Shown here: piece by piece, positions 49,174 to 58,847 of the stretch
Layout: every line of letters begins with the position of its first letter
Numbering within the stretch: the first letter of the stretch is position 1
Source: an uncultured virus (IMG/VR IMGVR_UViG_3300020056_000011)
Taxonomy: Duplodnaviria > Heunggongvirae > Uroviricota > Caudoviricetes
Virus record (IMG/VR): IMGVR_UViG_3300020056_000011
Strand: one strand, 5' to 3'
Length of the DNA: 64,000 bases
Notes under the pieces: generated by a model
Told to the model about the DNA's origin: nothing
Database searches by the model: none
Seen by the model: only the letters and a program-made list of their open reading frames with translations
Program-made: the position numbers and the translations under genes

Positions 49174-50445
49174 CTATTCTAATCTAATGTGGTCTTCAAG
49201 TCTCTCTTCTGTCCATCTCTCAATCGGATCGTTGAAGTTAGGCTTTTTTTTTATTTCTTCCGTTCTAGGTTTTAACATATCCATTCCAAGTGGCGGAATA
49301 ACACTTTCTTGTTCAAAATCCTTTTCGGATAAATGTGTAAGATTTGTTCCCTTTTTAATTTCTCTATAATATACTATTGATGATGTGCTAGCAATAACCA
49401 AAAGAATTGCAAGTGGGTCAAAAACAAAAATTAAACATAAAATCACAAATCTGACAGCATCCTCAAGTATATCTTCATCTACATTATCATAAAGTACTTC
49501 TGCGACATATTTTACTGGTCCCACTTCGGCTTCTATTTTTCTTACTTCCTTTTCGAATTCAAATTTATCATTCCTTAATACACCCAAATCATTCTCTGTG
49601 TCAATAATTTTTTGCTTTAAATTTTCAATTCTTTCACGATCTTTTTCATCCAATTCATCCAGTTTTATTTTACTACGAAGTCTATCAATTAACTCATTAC
49701 TTTGAGTTCTTTCTGCTGCTTGCAAATCTCTCAAATCATTAATACGAATTCTTGCAGATGAAATTATTGTATCTACACGATCCTCTTCTTTCTCTCTAAA
49801 GTCATTTACTTTTGATGCAGTATTTGGTCCATATCTTCCGTCTGGAGTTGTACCAACAAGCGCCTGCAAAGAAACAATATCATTCTCTTCAATATACTTT
49901 TCAATCAGTTCTAGTTTTTTACTTGCGGATGAGATTATTTCATTTTGTTCATCAACTAATAATTGATAGTTTCGAATTGCAGATTCGACTCTGCTCTCTT
50001 CTTTTGATATTTCAGAATTGATTTCAGCATTCTTATTCATATCAGAATTTTCTATCTTTTCAATTTGAAGTTCATACTCATTAATAGACTCTTCTAATCT
50101 TGCAATATTCTTTTCTACAATCTCAATTTGAGCAACATTTTCTCTATTTCCAGCAGTTTGTTCAATATGTGCCTTTGATAGAAATCCAAATATACCTAAA
50201 CTGGTTATAAACATAAGTACAATAACTGCAAGAGTCAAGTATGATTTTAGAAAAAAGTTAACTCTTTTCCAATTATGCGACAACCAAGCAGCCGTTAAAA
50301 CCTTGGCAACTTCTAAAACAGAAGCCATAACAATTACTGGCATTACTGCCGCTGCAAAGATTGTAATCAATCCAGCAATGGAGTAATATGCAGCGACTAC
50401 AGATAATGCAATCGCGACCAATAATAAAGTTACAGATAGTATCAT
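49174..50445 (-). CDS. Membrane protein with long coiled coil and peptidoglycan-binding motif
   Basis: Three N-terminal TMs, ALVGTTPDGRYGPNT, C-terminal IFVFDPLAILL TM. Confidence 0.8.
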   Translation of the reverse strand: MILSVTLLLVAIALSVVAAYYSIAGLITIFAAAVMPVIVMASVLEVAKVLTAAWLSHNWKRVNFFLKSYLTLAVIVLMFITSLGIFGFLSKAHIEQTAGNRENVAQIEIVEKNIARLEESINEYELQIEKIENSDMNKNAEINSEISKEESRVESAIRNYQLLVDEQNEIISSASKKLELIEKYIEENDIVSLQALVGTTPDGRYGPNTASKVNDFREKEEDRVDTIISSARIRINDLRDLQAAERTQSNELIDRLRSKIKLDELDEKDRERIENLKQKIIDTENDLGVLRNDKFEFEKEVRKIEAEVGPVKYVAEVLYDNVDEDILEDAVRFVILCLIFVFDPLAILLVIASTSSIVYYREIKKGTNLTHLSEKDFEQESVIPPLGMDMLKPRTEEIKKKPNFNDPIERWTEERLEDHIRLE

Positions 50446-50476
50446 TTAGTTCTCCACTAAAAATTATAGTATGTTT

Positions 50477-50490
50477 TATTTATATAAATA
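50477..50490. promoter_or_regulatory. Overlapping divergent late promoters
   Basis: Palindrome TATTTATATAAATA gives TATAAATA on both strands between divergent genes. Confidence 0.8.
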
Positions 50491-50517
50491 GAACGAATGC
50501 ATTATAAAAGGTAAGTC

Positions 50518-52269
50518 ATGGCCATATCATTTCCAGCAAGTCCTGTGAATGGACAAACTCATACAGAAAATGGACAAATCTTTGTTTTTGACTCCACAAG
50601 AGGTTATTGGCTAGTCAAAAAACAAGAGCAGATTGTTGCCTCTACTTCTCGTTCCACATTTGTTGCAACGGCAGGACAAACAGTTCATAATGTAAACTAC
50701 GATCCGGCCGCAGCAGTTATTGTGTCAGTAAATGGTGTTATGTTAAACCCACAAGATGTGACAGCTACAAGCGGAACCTCTATCACTTTTGATACTGCAT
50801 TGTCACTATCAGATGAAGTTGATATTGTCTTTCATCAACCGACAGCATCAAATCTAACAAGACATAGTGTCTCTGATACAGCACCAAGCGGCGCATCTAG
50901 CGGAGATTTGTGGTTCAATTCTGCAAACTTAAAAACATATGTATACTATGATGATGGTTCAAGCGCACAATGGGTTGCAACAAATCCTCTTGGAGTGGAT
51001 GGTGCAGATGGGGCTGCGGGAGCAGCTGGTTCTTCAGTCACTGCATATGCAAACTTTGCTGCATTTGCAAATGGAACTACAGAAGGTGACTTCGCATTTG
51101 CACAAGATACCAAAGCATTATATGTATGGGATGGAACCGAATGGGATAGAATATCTTCTGGAAATGATGAAAGTCCTATAATTATTACTGAACCACCAAC
51201 AACACACACTCTTAATAGTAATGGAACCACAAGTACAGTTACAATGGTTGCGGAAGACCCAGAAGGATTTGATATATCATATGGTATTGTTTATGGAACA
51301 ACAAACAATACTTTGCCAAGCTTACTGTCGAGTGCCGCATCTGTAGATTCAAATGGAGTATATACTTTTACTCCATCTACAAATATTGCTGATGCTGGAA
51401 GCGTAAAGGTCAGATTAAGTGCCAGTGATGGCGCAAAAACCACAACCCGATTTTGCACTCTTTCATTGGCATTTATTAGTACCGTTGATTATCTAGTAGT
51501 CGGTGGTGGTGGTGGTGGAGGTATGCGTCACGGCGGCGGTGGCGGTGCTGGCGGCTATATCTATTCTACAAATCAAACATTAAATATTGGTACTACATAC
51601 AATATTGTTGTTGGAACTGGTGGGGCGGCCGGGAATGGTCAATCAGCGCCAGGTTCAAACGGCCTCGATAGTTCTATTTCCGGCACAGCATTCAATACAA
51701 TAACAGCTATTGGTGGTGGTGGGGGAGGGACAACCGGCGCCGCTCTGGATGGTGGATCTGGCGGCGGGGGTGGACATAATGGAGTAACAGCGGGAACAGG
51801 CACAGTTGGACAGGGTAACGATGGCGGCGTAGGCCATACATCCGCTCCATACCATGCTGGTGGTGGTGGTGGCGCTGGCGGGGCTGGTGCAAATGCTGGC
51901 AGTATCGGAGGTGCTGGAGGCGCAGGTCTTCAAAATAGTATAACTGGAACCGCACTTTACTATGCTGGGGGTGGCGGCGGTGGCACATACAACACGGCCG
52001 GCAACGCAGCTGGTGGATCTGGTGTTGGAGGAAACGGTGGTGCCGGAACGGGTGCAGCGGGTAGCCCCACGCCAAATACGGGTTCGGGGGGTGGTGGCTC
52101 TGGTGGCGGCGCGGTGCCAAATCACGGAACGCCAACAGCGGGTGCAGATGGTATTGTAATCATTCGCTCAATTGACACCGCCACCTCAACTACAGGCTCT
52201 CCAACAATTACTACGGACGGATCATATAATATATATCAATTTACTCAATCAGGATCTATTACATTTTAA
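50518..52269 (+). CDS. Modular fibre: MAISFP, SDTAP, Ig-like, glycine-rich head
   Basis: VDYLVVGGGGGG...GADGIVIIR...YQFTQSGSITF. Confidence 0.85.
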   Translation: MAISFPASPVNGQTHTENGQIFVFDSTRGYWLVKKQEQIVASTSRSTFVATAGQTVHNVNYDPAAAVIVSVNGVMLNPQDVTATSGTSITFDTALSLSDEVDIVFHQPTASNLTRHSVSDTAPSGASSGDLWFNSANLKTYVYYDDGSSAQWVATNPLGVDGADGAAGAAGSSVTAYANFAAFANGTTEGDFAFAQDTKALYVWDGTEWDRISSGNDESPIIITEPPTTHTLNSNGTTSTVTMVAEDPEGFDISYGIVYGTTNNTLPSLLSSAASVDSNGVYTFTPSTNIADAGSVKVRLSASDGAKTTTRFCTLSLAFISTVDYLVVGGGGGGGMRHGGGGGAGGYIYSTNQTLNIGTTYNIVVGTGGAAGNGQSAPGSNGLDSSISGTAFNTITAIGGGGGGTTGAALDGGSGGGGGHNGVTAGTGTVGQGNDGGVGHTSAPYHAGGGGGAGGAGANAGSIGGAGGAGLQNSITGTALYYAGGGGGGTYNTAGNAAGGSGVGGNGGAGTGAAGSPTPNTGSGGGGSGGGAVPNHGTPTAGADGIVIIRSIDTATSTTGSPTITTDGSYNIYQFTQSGSITF

Positions 52270-52282
52270 GGAACTAAAGTAA

Positions 52283-53068
52283 ATGGCAATCAATTTTCCA
52301 AGCAATCCAAATAACGGAGACACTATACTAGTAGGAAACACAACCTACACATTCGACTCTACATCTGGAGCGTGGGATGCTAGTGGTTCTCTATATACCG
52401 TATCTGAAACTGCGCCGACAAATCCAAAAGAAGGTGATATGTGGTTTGATCCAAGTGTTCTGGAAACATATGTATATTATAATGATGGAACAAGTTCTCA
52501 ATGGGTAATCTCAAATAATTCACAGGGCCCAGCAGGTCCAGCGGGAACAGATGGAGCAGATGGAACAGCAGGCGCGGATGGAGCAGATGGGGCAAGCGGT
52601 ATCATACAGTCTCAATTTACATCAAAAACTGATACATTTGTTGGAACTGCAAACGGAACAGAAATGGCAGTAACTGGTATGTCTGTTACAATAACACCAA
52701 GTTCTGCATCAAATAAAATTTATCTCACTGCACAAATCTCATATGGAACACAAGGAACAACATATAAAGCGTGGTTTAAAAGAAGTATTGATGGTGGCGC
52801 ATATCAAGATATATTCATAGGTGATGCGGCAGGGTCTCGGCAAAGGACATCTATTCCTTTAGCTCTTGCTTCTGATGCAAATCAAGCAAATTCATTTATT
52901 TTACAGTTTATCGATGAACCAGCAACTACATCTGAGGTTATATATCAATTATATGTAAATAACGATAATAATTTCGCATTTCATCTTAATAGATCAAACA
53001 ACGATCAGGATAATGCTACTGGTGGAAGATATATCAGTACAATTATTGCATTGGAATTGGGAGCGTAA
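52283..53068 (+). CDS. Short fibre with collagen-like stretch and beta-sandwich tip
   Basis: MAINFP, SETAP, GPAGPAGTDGADG, SVTITPSSASNKI. Confidence 0.85.
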   Translation: MAINFPSNPNNGDTILVGNTTYTFDSTSGAWDASGSLYTVSETAPTNPKEGDMWFDPSVLETYVYYNDGTSSQWVISNNSQGPAGPAGTDGADGTAGADGADGASGIIQSQFTSKTDTFVGTANGTEMAVTGMSVTITPSSASNKIYLTAQISYGTQGTTYKAWFKRSIDGGAYQDIFIGDAAGSRQRTSIPLALASDANQANSFILQFIDEPATTSEVIYQLYVNNDNNFAFHLNRSNNDQDNATGGRYISTIIALELGA

Positions 53069-53069
53069 C

Positions 53070-55610
53070 ATGGCAGCAGTAAATTTTCCAAATAGTCCAG
53101 TAGACGGTGATACGCATGTAGCGAATGGTGTTACATATACATACAATGCAACAAAAACAGTATGGAGGGCCGCGGCGGCTGGCAGTTCATCAGTTTCGAC
53201 TGTTGCAGATATGGCTGCACTGATTGCAAAAACTGGAATGACTGATGGTGACCAAGTATTCGTTCAAGCAAACAATAATCTTTATATCTATTCTGGTACT
53301 GGTTGGTATAAAGTGGCAACTGTTCAAAACGATTCTCCAAGTGCAATCACTGGAGTAGATGGAACTTATTCGCTTGCTATAGATGGAACACCTACTGTAA
53401 TCACAGGGGTTTCTACAGACCCTGAAGGATTCCCTTTGACATGGAGTTATTCAACATCTGGACTTGGTAGTATTGCTACGATAAGTCAAACGGATAATGT
53501 ATTTACTATTACACCTAGCACCGATGAAGCTAATTTCGGAACATTTACTCTTACAATTAATGCAACTGATGGTGTTAGTGGAGCAGTGAATGCAAATACA
53601 TCAATCACTCTGGAATTTTTTATTGCAAACAGTAATTATACAACTCTTTTAGCAACAGCAGTAGATACATCAGACAACAACAATATAACCGATAGTTCAG
53701 TTAACAACCATACAATCACAGCAAACGGCGATGCTCATGCAGGTACGTTTAGTCCATATCGGCATGGTGGATATAGCACTTACTTCGATGGATCAGATTA
53801 TTTACAGCTATCTGCCACAGCAACTAACCTTCTCCCCGAAACATCAAACACAACAATCGAAGCGTGGGTAAATACGACAGTAACTGGACACGTTGCAATA
53901 TTTAGTAATTTTGATCCATCTTCTCCCTACAACGGAATGGAAGTTGGATTATACAACGGCTATCAAGTTTTTTATTCAAACTCAGCCGGTTGGATTAATA
54001 ATCCACCCAATACAGGAGTTAGTACAATAAATGATGGTAATTGGCATCATCTTGCTTGGGTAATTACGAACAGTGGAACAACAGTTACAGCTTATGTTGA
54101 TGGTGTTCAGAATTACACATCCTCAATAACTGCATCTACCACAGGAGGTAGTAATATCCGTATTGGGGCTTCTTCAAATACTACCGTAAATAGACATTTC
54201 ACTGGTTATATTGCTGATTTTAGATTTGTTAAAGGTGCCGCTGTATATTCTGCTGCGTTCACTCCACCAACCGCACACTTAACTGCAATTACAAATACAC
54301 AACTTCTTGCTTGCCACCTTCCATATATAGCAGATGGTTCTTCTAGCGCTCTCTCAATCACAGTAAACGGCAATACTTCAACAAAACCATTCGGCCCTTA
54401 CGACAACTTAGAATACTCAGCAAGCGATCACGGTGGGTCTGTCTCCATGCCCAATGACAATGATTATCTTTCTGTTCCACATTCCAGCACACTAAAACCA
54501 TCAGGCACAGATCCATTCTGTGTTTCATTTTGGTATTATCCAACAACATCTCCAGGCACTACTAGACAACTTGTCGGAGATGCTAATTATGTTTCATATC
54601 CGACAAACTGTCCTGGCTGGGACATATTATATCAAAGTGGTAGTCAATTAGATGTAAGATGGGGATATCCAAATTATGCAGATATGGCTTCTGGAAAAAC
54701 AAACAGCACTGTTCAGGTTAATGCTTGGAATCACATTGCGTTCTGTAGAAGCGGAGGCTCTTTATCTTACTATTTAAACGGAAAAAGATGTAATACAACA
54801 ACTTCTAATATTAATATATCAGCGTCTGGTTTAGCTAATTTTTATGTAGGTTATGCTGGAGAATCAACAGGCACCGCAATGAATTCAGCAATGGGAACTA
54901 TTGCAGATTTTAAGTATGAGGTCGGCACGAGTCAGTTTGATGCTACAGCTTCTACTATTACTGTACCTACAGCACCACAGAGCACTACAAATTCTGTATT
55001 ACATGTTAAAGGCACAGACGCATCTGTTATAGATAAAGCTCAAACAGGCAATATGAAAGTTTTTGGCACTGCAACAGGTTCATCAGCTGAAGCTAAGTTT
55101 GCTAATACAAAATCAATGTATTTCCCCGGCTCAAATCCTAATCATATAAGACACTACAGCCAAATTTATCTTCCAGGCGAATTGACAATAGAATGCTGGG
55201 TTAATACAAGTACGTTCAATTCTGGATATGTTTGGTGTTTAGAAAATTATCAACTTGAAATGAGAATTAATTCAAACGGAACTGGAGTAGATATATATGA
55301 TAGTGGATACATAAACTTCTCTAGAGCAGCAGGTGCTATGAGCACAGGAACTTGGTATCATATAGCGGTGTGTAGAGATTCTAGTAATGTTTTTAGAGCT
55401 TGGATTGATGGTGTACGAAGCACTCAATCTGGTACTAAAACAACTACTTATGATAAAGACCATATAATAATTGGAGGTGAATACTCTAGTGCTACAGGTA
55501 TTAATTGGCCTTATCATGGTTATGTTCAAGATCTAAGAATAAGTAATTATGCAAGATACAGTGCAGAAGATGAAACTACAAACATACCAACAGCACCGTT
55601 TAAAGGATAA
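53070..55610 (+). CDS. Modular fibre with LamG/concanavalin A-like domains
   Basis: Start MAAVNFP at 53070; TIEAWV, WHHLAWV, GYIADFRF repeated three times. Confidence 0.88.
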   Translation: MAAVNFPNSPVDGDTHVANGVTYTYNATKTVWRAAAAGSSSVSTVADMAALIAKTGMTDGDQVFVQANNNLYIYSGTGWYKVATVQNDSPSAITGVDGTYSLAIDGTPTVITGVSTDPEGFPLTWSYSTSGLGSIATISQTDNVFTITPSTDEANFGTFTLTINATDGVSGAVNANTSITLEFFIANSNYTTLLATAVDTSDNNNITDSSVNNHTITANGDAHAGTFSPYRHGGYSTYFDGSDYLQLSATATNLLPETSNTTIEAWVNTTVTGHVAIFSNFDPSSPYNGMEVGLYNGYQVFYSNSAGWINNPPNTGVSTINDGNWHHLAWVITNSGTTVTAYVDGVQNYTSSITASTTGGSNIRIGASSNTTVNRHFTGYIADFRFVKGAAVYSAAFTPPTAHLTAITNTQLLACHLPYIADGSSSALSITVNGNTSTKPFGPYDNLEYSASDHGGSVSMPNDNDYLSVPHSSTLKPSGTDPFCVSFWYYPTTSPGTTRQLVGDANYVSYPTNCPGWDILYQSGSQLDVRWGYPNYADMASGKTNSTVQVNAWNHIAFCRSGGSLSYYLNGKRCNTTTSNINISASGLANFYVGYAGESTGTAMNSAMGTIADFKYEVGTSQFDATASTITVPTAPQSTTNSVLHVKGTDASVIDKAQTGNMKVFGTATGSSAEAKFANTKSMYFPGSNPNHIRHYSQIYLPGELTIECWVNTSTFNSGYVWCLENYQLEMRINSNGTGVDIYDSGYINFSRAAGAMSTGTWYHIAVCRDSSNVFRAWIDGVRSTQSGTKTTTYDKDHIIIGGEYSSATGINWPYHGYVQDLRISNYARYSAEDETTNIPTAPFKG

Positions 55611-55614
55611 TATA

Positions 55615-56055
55615 ATGGCATATGAGTATAATTGTAAAATTTTAAGAATTGTGGATGGTGATACAGTAGACGTGGACATTGATTTAGGATTCGGAATTTG
55701 GATGCATAGAGAAAGAGTGCGTATTATGGGTATTGATACACCAGAATCCAGAACGAAAAACGAAGAAGAAAAAGTTTATGGACTGGCCGCAAAAGAATAT
55801 CTAAAAGAATTGCTTCCAATTGGTTCCATTCAAACTATCAAAACACAAAAAGACAAGACAGGAAAATTTGGAAGAATTCTTGGAGATTTTGAAATTGAAT
55901 ACAAAGACTCTAAAAATAACTTTTCACGAAGAAGTATTACTTCACTAATGTTAGAAAATCATCATGCTGTCCCATATAAAGGCCAAAGTAAAGAAGAATT
56001 AGTAGAATTGCATCTCATAAATAGAGAGAAACTAAAAGAAAAAGGTCTTATCTAA
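55615..56055 (+). CDS. Thermonuclease (SNase-like) family nuclease
   Basis: RIVDGDTVDV, RVRIMGIDTPESRT, GKFGRILG. Confidence 0.9.
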   Translation: MAYEYNCKILRIVDGDTVDVDIDLGFGIWMHRERVRIMGIDTPESRTKNEEEKVYGLAAKEYLKELLPIGSIQTIKTQKDKTGKFGRILGDFEIEYKDSKNNFSRRSITSLMLENHHAVPYKGQSKEELVELHLINREKLKEKGLI

Positions 56056-58211
56056 TGCCTGCATCTAGAGCAAGAAAATTATCACAATTGATGTCCGAAG
56101 GTGGTTCACTGGACACCCAGATTGATTCTTCTGGCACCACTAGTGAAATTGGTGGCGGAGGCGTAACTGTTTATGCAACGATAAGTAATTTGCCTTCAAC
56201 TGGAAATACAACTGGCGACATGGCATTTGTATCTAGTACACGACATTTTTATATCCATGATGGAAATGGTTGGTATAGTGTTGCATTAGTAAATGAAAGT
56301 CCCACAGCTATTACTGGAGTGGATGCAACATACGATCTTGCTGTAGATGGAACACCTACAGTTGTTACTGCCGTTTCTTCAGACCCAGAAGGAATACCTT
56401 TAACTTGGAGTTATGCAGTCACATCTGGTTCTCTTGGTACTACTGCGACAGTTCAACAAGGAACTGGTGCAAATACAAATCAATTCACAGTTACTCCAGG
56501 CACAAATGACCCAGCGGACGAAGGTACTTTCGATTTAACATTTTCTGCGACAGAAGGTGTCAATACAGTAAATAAAACTGCAAACTTCTCGCTTGCATTT
56601 GCGAGTTTAGAATTCACTTCATATGGACAATCCAGTTATGATTTATTACAGTCAGTTTCATCTCTTTCTCTAGTTGCCGTAAAAGGAACCTCTCAAGTCA
56701 CCAACGAATATACTAATAGTGGTGGTGGAATGAGAACTTCTGGATTGTTGGCATATCCTACTAGAATAGAGGAAGCAAGAGCTCGTGTAATTACTAGTGG
56801 TTACTCAAATAGAAGCGCAGGCGAACCTTCAATATTCTATCCAACGGTTGATTGGGGGGCAGTAACGGGGGCTGCACAAATCACAGAAGCTCCAACTAAC
56901 AGTAATTATACACCAACTGCCTCTGGTGGTTGGTCAATTAACACACATGGCACAATAGGTATAGGTAAAGTCACAGATAGTGGTGGTACTAAACCATATG
57001 GCTATCATGCAATGATGATAGGAGACAGCGGATCCTCGTTTTCACCCGATAGTACACCCCAACATATAATTTGGGTGAGTGGTACAGAAACTTTAGGTCA
57101 TAAATCACACGCAACTGCATATGGTTCACTTGCGTCACCCGACCAAGGTACTACAAGATATATGGGGGCGCCGGATACTTCTCAATACGTTATTGGACTT
57201 GTTGGTAAAGATCAGTCAGGAACCCGTTCGTCCAATCTAAATGTTGTGCCAGGAACCTCTTACAATAGTGGCGGTCAGCCGACAGAATTTTATATGAAAA
57301 AATTTAATGAATCATACATCAATGATGCTACGTACTACACATCGGCTGTGACTTCAGATACTTATTTTAAGTTTGTATCAAGTAACCACCCAAAACAACA
57401 ACCGAATTTGCCTTCTGGGGATAGAAATCATAATACTCATCCAACACATAGCACTAAACGTGGACAATTATTAGCACAACATCAACTCAGTGTTGGCGGA
57501 AGTGATATATTACGTTCATACTATCTGTCATTTTATCAACATCATAGCGCTGGTACATATAGAGGACACAAAATTGAAGTTTTTGATTGGGATATTTCAG
57601 CCGGAACTGGCCACTGGGTTGTAGACAATTATGATCAACAATCTTCGACTGATACTTTCAATTCTCTAGACAGAAATTTAATAGACCAACACTTCGCCTA
57701 TACGAGTGAATTCAATACAGTAAGTGGAACTAGTCAGGATTTTGCGAATTCTTGGGATTTATCAAGATCAGTACACTCCCAATGGCCTCATTCATTTATA
57801 GTAACTACAAATGAAGTGGATTCGGGTAGTGCAACATCAGAAAAATATAAACTTTTTTATAGAGATATGTCAGCAAACATTGATGCTGCTACTTATGGTG
57901 GGTCGAAATCAGCAGGATTTAGTGCGAACTCAGGAGATAGTGGGTTAGTAGACACAGGACTTCTTGAATGTACTACAGCTACCTGTATTTCTCACGATAG
58001 TACAAACCAAAAATTGACACTTCTTTATACCGACCACGATAGTATTAATCTTAGGAATTATAATTATTCAAACAATACGTGGGATTCGGTAATATCTTCA
58101 ATAACAAATACCGGCATTGGATATCTCGCCACAGGTATTCACGTACTGCCTGGAACAACAAGATTTATTGTAACAGGGGTTGGAAAAATTTGGTTATATG
58201 AAATGAGTTAA
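56055..58211 (+). CDS. Modular virion protein: SRAR.L N-terminus, Ig-like, unknown head
   Basis: Shares NESPTAITGVDATYDLAVDGTP...DPEG module. Confidence 0.8.
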   Translation: MPASRARKLSQLMSEGGSLDTQIDSSGTTSEIGGGGVTVYATISNLPSTGNTTGDMAFVSSTRHFYIHDGNGWYSVALVNESPTAITGVDATYDLAVDGTPTVVTAVSSDPEGIPLTWSYAVTSGSLGTTATVQQGTGANTNQFTVTPGTNDPADEGTFDLTFSATEGVNTVNKTANFSLAFASLEFTSYGQSSYDLLQSVSSLSLVAVKGTSQVTNEYTNSGGGMRTSGLLAYPTRIEEARARVITSGYSNRSAGEPSIFYPTVDWGAVTGAAQITEAPTNSNYTPTASGGWSINTHGTIGIGKVTDSGGTKPYGYHAMMIGDSGSSFSPDSTPQHIIWVSGTETLGHKSHATAYGSLASPDQGTTRYMGAPDTSQYVIGLVGKDQSGTRSSNLNVVPGTSYNSGGQPTEFYMKKFNESYINDATYYTSAVTSDTYFKFVSSNHPKQQPNLPSGDRNHNTHPTHSTKRGQLLAQHQLSVGGSDILRSYYLSFYQHHSAGTYRGHKIEVFDWDISAGTGHWVVDNYDQQSSTDTFNSLDRNLIDQHFAYTSEFNTVSGTSQDFANSWDLSRSVHSQWPHSFIVTTNEVDSGSATSEKYKLFYRDMSANIDAATYGGSKSAGFSANSGDSGLVDTGLLECTTATCISHDSTNQKLTLLYTDHDSINLRNYNYSNNTWDSVISSITNTGIGYLATGIHVLPGTTRFIVTGVGKIWLYEMS

Positions 58212-58792
58212 TCGGTAATCAATCCATAGATTTCTTTCCAGTTTTGAACCCGAAGAGCACTACCAGTGTATCCAGAGTTATGTTCATGAGCAACCAAAAG
58301 ACTTTCTAAACCCATCCGCAAACCAAGGTCTGCGTTCTCAGGTTTATCTTCAACCCAAAAACATCCACAACCAGAGTATTCCAAAAGAGCTTCGTCTTTG
58401 TCAGCACCAGTGTCAAGATAGACATACCGTTCAAAGACACTATCTCCAAACAACTCCCGAAGGTTTTTAGTCCGAAGATGTTGACTATATTGATCGTTAC
58501 TCAAACTAGTAATTGCGTGGAAAATATAACCATGTTCTTCATGAAGTTTTTTCACATATTTGATCGCATCCCGTAAAGGAGGCAATTTCCGAATCCAAGC
58601 AGATTCATTGAACATTCGTACCAGCCGTTTTGCTTCGGCCCGTGCAAGTCCATATTTCAAATCCATTTTGTATTCGCCTTCTTGGACAACTTCATATCCA
58701 TGCCGAGTCATCCAACAATCAAAGGCGTACTCCCAATCAAGGAGAACGCCATCGCAGTCTACTAGTATTGTTTTTTCTTTTTTAGCAATCAT
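58208..58792 (-). CDS. HAD-family 5'(3')-nucleotidase-like (T4 gp30.2-like)
   Basis: DCDGVL motif I, ITS, WVEDK, HN. Confidence 0.85.
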   Translation of the reverse strand: MIAKKEKTILVDCDGVLLDWEYAFDCWMTRHGYEVVQEGEYKMDLKYGLARAEAKRLVRMFNESAWIRKLPPLRDAIKYVKKLHEEHGYIFHAITSLSNDQYSQHLRTKNLRELFGDSVFERYVYLDTGADKDEALLEYSGCGCFWVEDKPENADLGLRMGLESLLVAHEHNSGYTGSALRVQNWKEIYGLITD

Positions 58793-58817
58793 TAACAGTC
58801 TTTCTTATTACATTATT

Positions 58818-58847
58818 AATATAACTGATTCGGTTTGAATTGTCAAG
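58818..58847 (-). promoter_or_regulatory. Early promoter with GANTC; repeat copy 1
   Basis: TTGACA-17-TATATT; TGATTCG 58826-58832. Confidence 0.85.

Noticed and set aside
53013..53069. Upstream starts in the ORF track (53013, 55549, 60200, 61387, 10444)
   Set aside because: They overlap the preceding gene or promoter; downstream Met codons match paralogue starts or coupling
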